From Scyliorhinus canicula (taxonomy: Eukaryota): a DNA stretch of 64,000 nt. The stretch is taken from positions 123,723,755 through 123,787,754 of the forward strand of contig NC_052148.1 in the NCBI RefSeq assembly GCF_902713615.1, written 5' to 3'. Below, one piece after another: positions 26,891 to 37,859 of the stretch. Positions within the stretch are counted from its first letter, which is position 1; the number at the start of each line of letters is the position of its first letter. The position numbers and the translations under genes are program-made. A model generated the notes under the pieces. It had not been told where the DNA came from, ran no database searches, and was given only the letters and a program-made list of their open reading frames with translations.

Positions 26891-27379
26891 AGCAGTCAAG
26901 GGCATTCAGCCTCTGATCTCCGGGTAAGCGTTCTCCAAGGCGGTCTTCAGGACACACAACAACGCAGAATTGCCGAGCAAAAACTTATAGCTATAAGTTC
27001 CGCACACATGAGTGCGGCCTCAACTGGGATCTTGGATTCATGTCGCATTACATTCACCCCCCACCATCTGGCCTGGACTTGCAAAATCCTACCAACTGTC
27101 CTGGCTTGAGACAATTCAAATCTCTTTAACCTGGGATCACCCCCTATCTCTGCATCTGTAATGATTTGATTACCCGCAAATGCTCGCATTCCAAACATTG
27201 TCTGGCATCTCTGACTTTGTCTATATAAATGTTTCTGAAACATGCCTCTCCATTCACCTGAGGAAGGAGCAGTGCTCCGAAAGCTCGTGTTTGAAACAAA
27301 CCTGTTGGACTTTAACCTGGTGTTGTCAGACTTCTGACACTGCTCACCCCAGTCCAACGCCAGCATCTCCACATCATGA
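26891..27379 (+). mobile_element. Penelope-like element 3' fragment (GIY-YIG endonuclease C-terminus plus pseudo-LTR)
   Basis: Translates as SSQGHSASDLRVSVLQGGLQDTQQRRIAEQKLI..FRTHECGLN. The tail recurs at 26758-26841 and 55298-55456. Confidence 0.8.
27255..27289 (+). ncRNA. Minimal type I hammerhead ribozyme motif
   Basis: CAC-CTGAGGA-A-GGAGC-agt-GCTCC-GAA-AGCT-C-GTG: core CUGANGA/GAAA, helix II, short helix I and a palindromic helix III. Confidence 0.65.
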
Positions 27380-28139
27380 TTGATATCATCATTGCCCTGC
27401 AGCAGAAGGATCAATGGCCCAAAATCTCCAGGAGTGGGGCATCTTATGTCATGTAGCATTTGTTTGATTTTGCTCAAAGATGTATTTGATTATCTAAGTT
27501 GTTACTTATCCCTATTATTAATACTGCATTCCTGATCATATGGTATCCCTACTGTGGACCTTTTCCTTCCCCACTCACCTATTAATTCTTTACTCAAAGA
27601 AACACTGTTCCTTCTTTCCCTATCCCTGAAAAGAAAATATATTTATACTGCAATATTTCTCTAACTCCCAATCTCTCCTCAGACTTAATCTAGCAGCCCT
27701 GTTCCAAGTGTAAGTGGGCCCCGAAACATTTGCACCTTTGAATGTTTCATCTGTATGTCTGGTACTCGGTACACTATATAATTTTTTTCTACTTTATAAT
27801 GAATTTGTTTACTTCCGAACTTACCTATCCACTATTATTTTGAACAGCTGTATCATAACTCCTCCCCCCCACCCATAGAAACTAAGAAACTAGTATAGAA
27901 CATTTGCAACCAGTAACTGTGGTAAACTGTAATCTTGGTATTTAACTGGTGTATTCTTGCCTCATACTCAGCCCTACATTTACTTAATATGACTCTTTGC
28001 AAGTCAAGAAAGAATGGAGATTAGAGATCAGGAGGGGAAAGGCCATAGAGGGATTTGAAAACCAGGATGAGAGTTATATAGTGAAGGCATAGTTGAATTG
28101 GGAGCCAATGTAGGTCAATAAGCACAAGGATATCCAGTA

Positions 28140-28840
28140 ATGAATGAGAAGAAATTTCCACGACCTAAATATTGGTAAGACCAAAGCCATTCCTTCAGTT
28201 CCCAATGCAAACTTAATTCAAAAATTACTGATTCCATCCCTCTCTCTGGTCTGGTTCATCCTTAGACAATTGGCATTCATAATCTTGGTGCCATATTTGA
28301 CCCCTAGAGCTTCTGACTGCATATTCACATCCTCATTAAGACCACCGATTTCCACCTTGTAACATCAACTCTACCCTGCCCTGCCTTAGCTCATATGCTG
28401 TTGGAACTGTTATCCATGCCATTGTTACCTGGACTATTCCATGGACTCCTGGCTGGCCCTCAATCTTCCCTAAACTGGAGGTTATCCAAAACTCTATTGC
28501 CTATGTTCTCACTCGCAACACATTCCATTCACCCATTATTACCCGGTGATCACCATTCCCAGTACTTAAGCAATGCCTCAATTTTAAGTTTCAGATTCCT
28601 GTGATCTTTCCCTCAGCATCTTTTTTCACCCTACAATTCTAGAGCACTCCTCCAATTCTCAATTTTACTTGTTCCACCATTGGGGCTATGCCTTCAGCTG
28701 TCACGGCCCTAGGCACCAGAATTTCCCTACTGTACCTCCTTTTTTTTTTAAAACTCCTTATAACCCACCTCTTTAACCAAGCATTTGGTCATCTTCCTGA
28801 AACTCGTTGCTCCTGTGAAGCACCTTGGGCATTGCTTAAA
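28140..28840 (+). mobile_element. L2-like LINE 3' relic (relative at 58250-58990)
   Basis: LNIGKTKAI remnant and a shared 3' tail (gctatgccttcagctg...ggccctagg...gaatt). Confidence 0.55.
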
Positions 28841-28997
28841 TTGCAAAAGTAAAGTTTGTTGATTTTCAATTATAATTTGACAATGAAAAAGTCTTTGTTC
28901 AAAATGTCCACTTTGGAATCCTTGTCATTTTACCAAGTTCAAGGAGTTAGATGAATTAAGAAAGACCATTTGGAATTGGTTAAAAAGGTACTTAGTC

Positions 28998-29360
28998 ATA
29001 GAATAGAATCTCATAGAACAGTACAGCACAGAATAGGCCCTTCGGCCCTCAATGTTGTGCCGAGCCATGATCACCCTACTCAAACCCACGTATCCACCCT
29101 ATACCCATAACCCAACAACCCCCCCCCCCCCCTTAACCTTACTTTTTTTATTAGGACACTACGGGCAATTTAGCATGGCCAATCCACCTAACCCGCACAT
29201 CTTTGGACTGTGGGAGGAAACCAGAGCACCCGGAGGAAACCCACGCACACAGGGGGAGGACGTGCAGACTCCACACAGACAGTGACCCAGCCGGGAATCG
29301 AACCTGGGACCCTGGAGCTGTGAAGCATTTATGCTAACCACCATGCTACCCTGCTGCCCT
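28998..29360 (-). mobile_element. HE1-like tRNA-SINE with CR1-type tail; relatives at 2560-2772(+), 16742-17005(+), 54275-54563(-)
   Basis: Body ggtttcctccgggtgctccggtttcctcccacagtccaaagatgtgc and Pol III boxes. Confidence 0.85.
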
Positions 29361-29393
29361 AGTGTTGACTTAAATGCACTATAGAGTTGATAA

Positions 29394-29708
<315 letters not shown>

Positions 29709-30600
29709 GATACTTCAGTGACTCAATTCATCCCATTCAGTGTTGATAAGAAGGTGCACCACGTACATTAACCACATCCCTCACGTCGGCTTCAACTTTT
29801 TTGAACTCTGTCCAGATTGCCTCTATTTATAGAAAGTCACGCACATGAAACCAGAGAAACAAGTGGGTAATAGCTGTATGGAACTAATTAACAGCAAATC
29901 ACTCATGTGCATAAAACATAGGATTGACTGTGCAACCAATTATTGGTTCATTGCACTTGTACTGTCAGTCATACGAAAGAAAAAGGCACAGAAGGAAGAA
30001 AGGGGCATTATTCTTCATTTTCTGAAGACAAGCCAGCTCCCTTGTAATGTATAGTAATGACATCCAGGCTTTCTGCAGCAGGTGGAATGATGCTAAAATC
30101 ATCTGGGAAATGGCTTTAGGCTGAATAACCTGCAAGGCTTCAAGGCAAACAAGAATATTTAACTTTAGCATCTGTGGACAAAAACAGATCAAACACCTGC
30201 ATAAACAGACCATTTAATGCCACTTACCACATGGTAAGAGTATATGTAAGAGGTTAAAACTTGATTTATGACAAATTGACTGCAAGCTTTATAATATAAA
30301 ATGTTAATAGTTCAAAGGTCTCAAAGCATGCCTGAAAAATCATTTGAAGAAATTTATTTTGTATTAGAACTAACGTGATCCATGGTATGCTGTAGAAAAT
30401 ATTACAAAGTTAGGATATGTGACAGGTAAATTTAAACTGAGTTTTACTCAGCACTGTAAACTAATTCTACATCTGTTTTGTTTACTGTTCAGTGGGCATT
30501 AGATGCTCAGATCAGTAGTTGTTACAAATACTGTTGGTATCTAACCAAAAACTTGCCTGTAGGTACTTAAACTGAATGGCAACAGAAATAAAAGTGCTTC
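29709..30600 (+). other. FRYL: FRYL 3' UTR (minimum extent; true end uncertain)
   Basis: Repeat-free AT-rich sequence after the stop codon, with AATAAA near 30295 and at 30587-30592. It may extend further. Confidence 0.55.
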
Positions 30601-33591
30601 AGCCTAGCAATTTATTAGGAGAACTCACCTAACTTATTTTACTCTGTAAATATTTTAGACCTGTATAGTGTAAAATCAGTATTGTTTTTCTTGTACATTG
30701 CACTGTTATGAGATTAGGTGTATAAAACTAATGCAAAACAAAGTACTGGTAATGAGTCTTTATCTGCTGTCACTGCAGCCTGTGAATTTACAGAATTCTG
30801 AAAGCAGATACTGTTCTGTCTACTCATCTAACTCCAACGGACTTTGAACTTTGGGACCATCTTTTTCTGCATTATTGGAAAAGAAAGTCAAAGACTGACT
30901 ACGCAACATTCAACATACTCAAGACTGAAATCCTCCAGCTTTCATATTTGAGATTCCATTCACAGCAGTGGCTTTCTGCGGGGAAAGAACATAATTGAAT
31001 GTAAAAAAGAAATCACCCATTGATGGTGTACCTGCCTGTTTGCTGGGAACGACCCTGCTTATAATATGCATCTATCCTATCCACTGTGATTTTTATGGGT
31101 TCTATACCATGGAGTGTAGAATATACTGTTCTATTATTAGCATTTGCCTTTTGAGAAAGTGAACTATAGACCAGAAATAATTGTGATGAATTGTATGAGT
31201 TTAAGGCACTGTGCATGCTATCAGACTGCAAACAGTAGTTAACATAATTTAAGGCTCTGTAACCAGTCATAGCAAATTAACAAATCACTGTAATCATTCT
31301 TCAACGATGATAAATTATTTTGTTGGCAGTTTGGTACTATGGCTGTTTCAATATTCAATGGATATGCTTGAGGCAAATGGTGAAGTCCATATGTGGTGTT
31401 TTAACAGAGGGTAGGGACATTCATCAACTTTAAGTGAGCAACTCTACTGCAGCTCCCTTTACTCTTGTGGAGTTTGCACATACGCCCTGTGTTCACCCCC
31501 ACAACCCAAAGATGTACAAGGTAGGTGGATTGGCTGTGTCAAATTTCCTCCAGCAGATTAATTTGTACAAAAATTACCCAAAGTACAGCTTGAATGAAGA
31601 ACTGCTGATTAGCTATGCTATGGAGATGTTAAATGTTCTGAAAGATGCACACAAACTCGATTGCAAGATTTTAGCTGGCCCCAGTTACAAAAGGTAAATA
31701 TTTCACTTCATGTGGACATTTCCACACCATGAACAGGATGATTGAACCATGGCATGATCTCTATTTTAAAAAGTCCCCATCTCTTTCTTGGCTAGTTTAT
31801 CTAAATTTTAGATTGGAGCTATTCAATTAACAGACTCTGTCCCTACACCAAGTGGTGTGTTTAAGATCTATCTCCAATTTCCAAGACCAGATGGCCAGTA
31901 AACTAATTTAATGCTAATTGTCACTTTTTTTTTTAAATAAAAACTCATGTCGTGAAATTATAGCCCGGGGGTGAAGGTATTCTTGATTAAAATGATTTAC
32001 CAAAAGTGAGTGTTCTGAAGTAGGGGTTTATTTAGTGTACATTCCTTGAATCATTTGTTTACAAACACGTTCTCATCAATATATGCAGCTGGCAAAAGCA
32101 TTCATTGCCTTACGGCAAGAAGTTGGGGCCCCTTTAAGCTTGCCCTGCCATTTAATACGATGACTGATCCACTCTGCCTCAACTCCATTTCTCATGTCTA
32201 GTCTCCAGAATCCTTCCATCCCATTAATCTGTGTCCATCTCAAATGTCCTGGCATCCACAATGCTAGGGTAGTGAATTCTACAGATTCACACCCTTGCAG
32301 TAATTTCTCCTGTTTTACATCTGCAACCCAAAGAACATTACAACAGAACAAGCCTTTTGGCCCACTAAGCCAGCACTGATTTAGACCCAATTGCCCAAAC
32401 CATCTGTATTCCTCCCTACATCTGCTTTCACCACATCCTCTGGCAACATGTTCTAGACACCCACCACCCTCTGAAATGAAAATAGCTTATTGTCACAAGT
32501 AGGCTTCAAATGAAGGTTACTGTGAAAAGACCCCTAGTTGGCACATTCCAGCGTCTTGTTCGCATGAAGAACACGCTGCACATCTCACCATAACTCTTTC
32601 CCCACCTCCCCCTTGAATTACAAGTCTTCCACCTTAGGAGAAAAAGCTTTTGACTATTAACCAGTCTATCACTCGTAATTTTGTCGACTTGTTCTAGATT
32701 GCCCAGGAGGTAGGGTTGTATAACTGTAGACACTAGACGAATGGAAAGGCAGACCTATGTCATCAAAATTCACTTATTAAAAACCAATACAGTACTAGCA
32801 GATGGATTCACCCAAGCCATTATTTCCTCAAAAAAAGGAACATTGTTACATCCATTACATTGGAATATATTCCATTAAAATACCACTCACTTTTAGTCAC
32901 AAAACTAGTAATGAGTCATGCAGGAATTCATCATAAGCTCATTGAGCTATAGCTACCTTCAACCCAACTGCATTGAGAGCCACCTATATAAAGTATCGCA
33001 ATGTGCCAATGCTTGACTAATATGAAAGGAATCACTTAATCTATGCTAACTAGACAGAAGGTTGGGAAAATGTTGAACAGAATGCAAGGTTTTCCAATAA
33101 AATGTGCCAAATTCAGCTGATGTGTTTTACAGTGAAAGTTCAGTAAACTGCCCAGAGAAAAATTAACAAACTAGTCAGCCCAGAGAAAAGTTAAGTCACC
33201 ACAAACTAGTTCCTGCTCCCTTTTAAACAAGTGCCAATACGTTTTTATCGCTTCATGTTTGGACATTTACAAAGGAATTCTTGAAGGTGCCTATGCCAGT
33301 TTTGCTTATGGTTCTCCTCCTTTGTCTGAGACTATTTAATCAAAGACTTCAGTCCTAAGACTATTAACCCAGGGCTGTTGAAAGTGGTTAGGAAGGATTT
33401 TAATCTTCAGACATTGCTTATTGCAATGTCCCCATTTCAAGTGATGACAAGAGAAACGTGCTTTTTTTTTTTTACACACTTTATTTCCTTCAGCTCTGTG
33501 CAATCGTTTAAATAAACCAAAAAGAAAAAAAGTCAATTCCTGCATTCCATTAACTTAAGAGTCCTTGCAGAAATCAACGCTACCATCGAAA

Positions 33592-33735
33592 TCAAATGAT
33601 ATATTTGAAGCTGAAAGTGCTGTCACAGGAGAGCCGTTTGCCTTTGCATCTCCCACAGAGATCCTGGCGATGTGGTCTCTTTGGGTCAACGTGGCGCATT
33701 TTGATAGGACATGTACATCTTGTCTGTTTGCAGGT
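33592..33735 (-). CDS. ZAR1: ZAR1 exon 4 (TCKQTRC...DSTFSFKYII*)
   Basis: cag acceptor, canonical ZAR1 C-terminus, TGA at 33592-33594. AATAAA on the minus strand at 33480-33485. Confidence 0.95.
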   Translation of the reverse strand, partial: TCKQTRCTCPIKMRHVDPKRPHRQDLCGRCKGKRLSCDSTFSFKYII

Positions 33736-33828
33736 CTGATGGGCAGGAAAAAACAAGTCTCACTGTCTGGATGCTGGATCCTCCTCAGTAAACGTCTACA
33801 CAGGCTGTGTGCTTCCTGCGCTACTTAC

Positions 33829-33903
33829 TTGACAGGTGATGTCCTCGACACGGTAAGGGTTGTAGGCCTTCTCGCAGGTTCTGCAAAACTGCTTAAAGTA
33901 GAC
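33829..33903 (-). CDS. ZAR1: ZAR1 exon 3 (VYFKQFCRTCEKAYNPYRVEDITCQ)
   Basis: ag/gtaag boundaries, 75 nt, in frame. Confidence 0.95.
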
Positions 33904-33985
33904 CTGTCCATCAAGGAGATGCATGATGTAGATAATTCTCAAGACATTACATATATTTTTTTTGAACCAACCTTTTCACACTTAC

Positions 33986-34078
33986 CTTGTTAGTGCCTTG
34001 GACACACCAAACGTAAGCACTCTCCCAGCGAGCGTTACAATCTTTGCAATGGAAGTATCCGTATTTCTGCTCGAGGAA
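33986..34078 (-). CDS. ZAR1: ZAR1 exon 2 (FLEQKYGYFHCKDCNARWESAYVWCVQGTNK)
   Basis: ag/gtaag boundaries, 93 nt. Start of the 3CxxC zinc-binding domain. Confidence 0.95.
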
Positions 34079-35105
34079 CTAAAATTAAAGTGTAGACGCA
34101 TTTAGGACACATCGGCAATCCAACTGCACACGTGTATTCATTGCTAACCGCGCCCAACCAAGTGGCCCCAAATTAATCTGCAGCCAGTTTAGACTCCGGA
34201 TGGAGCTGCTGCATCCAGCCTGCAGTGAAGTGGTCGCAGCTAAATTAAGTTGGCCCCTTGATGGCGAAGGTCTTTAGTCGACACCATGTCCCGAGACTAG
34301 TTTTGTGCCACAAGTGTTTCTGGTGCTACTCATGCCGGGCTTACTCTTTCCCAATCACCGGCCAAAGCTACTGGGGGAATGTTCCAGGTTTTCCCCCAAT
34401 TATTTAAATGGCAAGTGGTGATCGGCCTAAGAGGCAGGGGAAGGTTACTCAAGGTGACAATTGCTGATTGATTTGATGGTTATTGAAGCCGGACAGCCAA
34501 CTGGAGCTCAACTGCTACTCCTAAAGGTGCACTTTTAAACGGACGATGAAAATCGTGTTCAACTATTTAGATTGTGCAGGACTTTGTTTTGGAGAAATAT
34601 ATATCAGATATCCCACGAGAATATCATGCCTTTTTAACCAAGACAATTAGTTTAAATTATTATGCCCCAATCTCGCCATATATGGCCCTGGATACAAGAC
34701 ACCTTGGGGCGTTTAACCATGTTAAAAGGTGTATCATTAGAATCCTTAACAGTGCAGGAGGCATTCGGCCCATCGAATCTGCACCCACTTCCCCTCCCCA
34801 TCCTAATAACACGAAGGGACAATTTAGTATTTCCAGTCCACCTAAACTGCACATTTTTGGACTTTGCAATTTGTTGTCGGAAGTATTAGCGATTTAAAGA
34901 CGAAATTCATTATTCTTCGCAATGCCCAATAGTTTATATCGACGTTAGTCATTTACCAGGTCAGATTAATAGTCTTACTCCAAATGAAACATTAAATCTC
35001 TCTCCAGATACTGCCAGACCCGTTGAGCCTATAGTTTTATTGTGATTTCACATGGAACGGGAGGGGGTGGAACGGGGGGGAACGAGACACGAGAAAGTAA
35101 CTCAC

Positions 35106-36095
35106 CTGAAATCTCAGACGTTTCTCTCTTGGGGTGGTTTTAGTCACGTTTCCAGAGTCTTGCTCGTTTTCACCTGTCGCTGGATCCTCGGGCTGTTCGG
35201 GTGGCTCAGTTGGACCGTCCACAATTGCAGTTCCCTTCTCTTCACATTCCTCCACCTGCTCGGATGTCCTTTCCGCCGCCACTGCCGGCTCCTCTCCCAC
35301 CGCCACCACCACTGGCTCCTCCTCGCCCGCCACCACCACTGGCTCCTCCTCTCCCGCCACTGGCTCCTCCTCGCCCGCCACCACCACTGGCTCCTCCTCA
35401 CCCGCCACCACCACTGGCTCCTCCTCGCCCGCCACAACCACTGGCTCCTGCTCCTCCTCTCCCACCGCCACCGGCTCCTCCTCTCCCGCCACTGGCTCCT
35501 CCTCTCCCGCCACTGGCTCCTCTCCCGCCACCGGCTCCTCCTCTCCCACCGCCACTGGCTCCTCTCCCGCCACCGCCGCCTGCTGAGGTTTCTCTGCTGG
35601 CCCTCTGGGATCAGCTTGGCCAACAGCCCGCGGCTCCCCCCTCGACAGGAAGGTGTTCAGATTGGGAGATACGATGGGAGAGTAGATGGCCATGGTCCTC
35701 CGAAAGCGGACATTCTTGGGCATGCTGGCCTGGCTGCCCTGCACTGAAGGCCGGCGCTTGACTGCTCCTCTGCGCCGCATGGTCATCATCACCAGGGTCC
35801 TGGGACCGAGCGAGCATTGCACAGACGCATCGGTTCTGGGATTAACCTGAACACCCACATCTTTGGTGTTTGCTTTTCTCAGTCTCGGGGTCAAGTTGGG
35901 GTTCACCTGGGATAAGATAGCTTTAAGCTGAGCCCGTTGATAATTGTCGAAATATTCGCTGGGGTCACCATAGTTGCTTAAATAATTCCTCTGTCTCCAG
36001 GTAGATCCTTTTGGCCGGCTGCTTATGTATTGGTAAGAATAGGGATTATATTGTGAGTAGATATAATCAAACGCATCTTCACCTAAGGTAGCCAT
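35106..36095 (-). CDS. ZAR1: ZAR1 (zygote arrest 1) exon 1, 330 codons
   Basis: ORF 35037..36095 carries the AQLKAILSQVNPNLTPRL, DVGVQVNPR and DASVQCSLG motifs and ends at LRFQ|gtgagt. Confidence 0.95.
35280..35580 (-). repeat. Coding tandem repeat in ZAR1 exon 1 (EE(E)PV(VV)A(V)G units, mostly 18-27 nt)
   Basis: About 12 in-frame units are visible in the translation and as repeated cactggctcctc blocks. Confidence 0.9.
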
Positions 36096-36127
36096 AGTGT
36101 CAGGCTGAGGCTGGCTCCCCTGCTCTG

Positions 36128-36135
36128 TTTAAATA
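36128..36135 (-). promoter_or_regulatory. Candidate TATA box of ZAR1 (TATTTAAA)
   Basis: Reverse complement of tttaaata, about 33 nt upstream of the ATG. Confidence 0.4.
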
Positions 36136-36691
36136 GTCCACCCAAACCAGCCACTTGCAAAGTCCCATTAGTTAAATCAGTCCATTTAACAAGCTCCACT
36201 CACGGCTTTTCGGCAACTTTTATTAGCAATGAGCGAACAAAACATGGCAATTAGAATAAAAGGTGTTGTGGAAGGTACATTACGTTGTGGCTCCGCTAAT
36301 TCTAGTGAATTCCAAGATATTGCGGGTCTCTGCTAGTTTAGAAATATTGTAAATGAACATAGATTACGTCTCCTTAAAGTTTATTCACGAAACATCAACA
36401 GGTTTTCGAGCAGCAGGTGGAGTATATCGATACACAACTGTGTCCTGGAGGATTCACTTCTTGACATGTTAAAGATTAGCAATCATTTAAACCCGGCAGC
36501 TTGCAAAAATTTACATTTTTACTCAAAACTACTCGTTAAATCTCATTAATTTTGAACTCCATTACATTCATTTCCCCCAAAAGACACTGAATCGCACAGA
36601 GTATGTGACAATGTCAAGATTAATGATCAATGAGCGATGACAGGTTTAGTGGGCAGTGGTGAAACTAGTGTGAGCTCGTTGCTATTCACTG

Positions 36692-37210
36692 TTATTGCCT
36701 ATCGCTGGCAGTGGGCTCCATCATGACAGCACGTTGTTCACTCCTACTCACTGCTCCATAAGCTGAATCAGTCAGCTCTTCCTCCTTGAGCTTCTTGTAT
36801 GAAATATCAGTGTCATCATCCTGGTCTGCCGGCTCGGTGTCTAACTCGCCTCTTGTGTAGATTTTATATGCCAGAACAAACAGGGCAGCTTCTGCAACTT
36901 GGAATAAAGCATAGAGCAGCGGGAACATGTAGATGCCGCCAATTACCTGGGGAGGGAAGGCTAATTTCAGGATGGCTGTGCAGAGTTGGACGTTTTGACA
37001 ACCGGTCTCCAAAGAAACTGTCCTTTTGCAGTTTGGAGGTAATTTGAAGAGAGCGCCTAGACCATAACCGGCGACATATCCAGCCAGCGGCATCAGTACA
37101 GCCACCAGGTATACAGAAGCTGGGATGGTGGCCAGTAGATCAGGTCCCAGCAAGATGCCAGTGAGGATGAAGAGGATTATCAGAGTGACCAGCAAGGACC
37201 ACAAGGAAAC
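36692..37210 (-). CDS. SLC10A4: SLC10A4 exon 3 (VSLWSLLV...SDRQ*)
   Basis: Contains RTVSLETGCQNVQLCTAILKLAF and the acidic DTDISYKKLKEEE tail typical of SLC10A4. Spliced CDS is 1212 nt (403 aa). Synteny with ZAR1 and FRYL agrees. Confidence 0.95.
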   Translation of the reverse strand, partial: VSLWSLLVTLIILFILTGILLGPDLLATIPASVYLVAVLMPLAGYVAGYGLGALFKLPPNCKRTVSLETGCQNVQLCTAILKLAFPPQVIGGIYMFPLLYALFQVAEAALFVLAYKIYTRGELDTEPADQDDDTDISYKKLKEEELTDSAYGAVSRSEQRAVMMEPTASDRQ

Positions 37211-37859
37211 CTAGAAAAGGAAGATTGTTTTTAAAATAATTTCACCATGTGCAAATTCTACTCTTTTTACTAGTTTAAATATTTTCACATTAATTTTCTA
37301 AATGGGAGGTCAGCCACTTTGAATCTAAAAAGGATGCGGCAGAATGCTGCCTGAAAGGCAAAAAGCTAGAAATAGCACAGGTCCAAAGTGACTTGGATGT
37401 TGACCTTTACACCTAAATGGAAGAGATTACAAGTGAGGAAAGTTGTGCTTCAGTTATACTAAACTCTGGGCAGACCACACCAGGAGTACTGTGAGTGATT
37501 CTGGGCACTGCACTTGCCCCATGCCACCATCTCCCTTCCTAATGTCACTGGATCAGAAATCCAGAGAGCCAGGCTGATGCTTTGAGTCATGGCTTTAAGT
37601 CCAAAATAGCAAGTGGTGACATTTTAATTCAATTAATTAATGAATCTGAAATTAAAAGTCAGTTTTAGTAATAGTGACCATGACACTATCAGATTGTCAT
37701 AAAATCCATCCAGTTCATTAATGTTCCTTTAGAAGAGGAAATCTGCCATCCTTACCTGGTCGGGCCTACATGAGACTCCAGACCCATGCAATGAAGTTGA
37801 CTCTTAACTCCTCTGAAATGTTCAGCTTCACCAAACCACGGCAGAAAAGTCAAATTAGA

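Noticed and set aside
33565-33993. 142-aa plus-strand ORF
   Set aside because: Antisense shadow across ZAR1 exons 2-4 and their introns.
35052-35761. Overlapping ORFs on both strands within ZAR1 exon 1
   Set aside because: Shadow frames of the GC-rich coding repeat.
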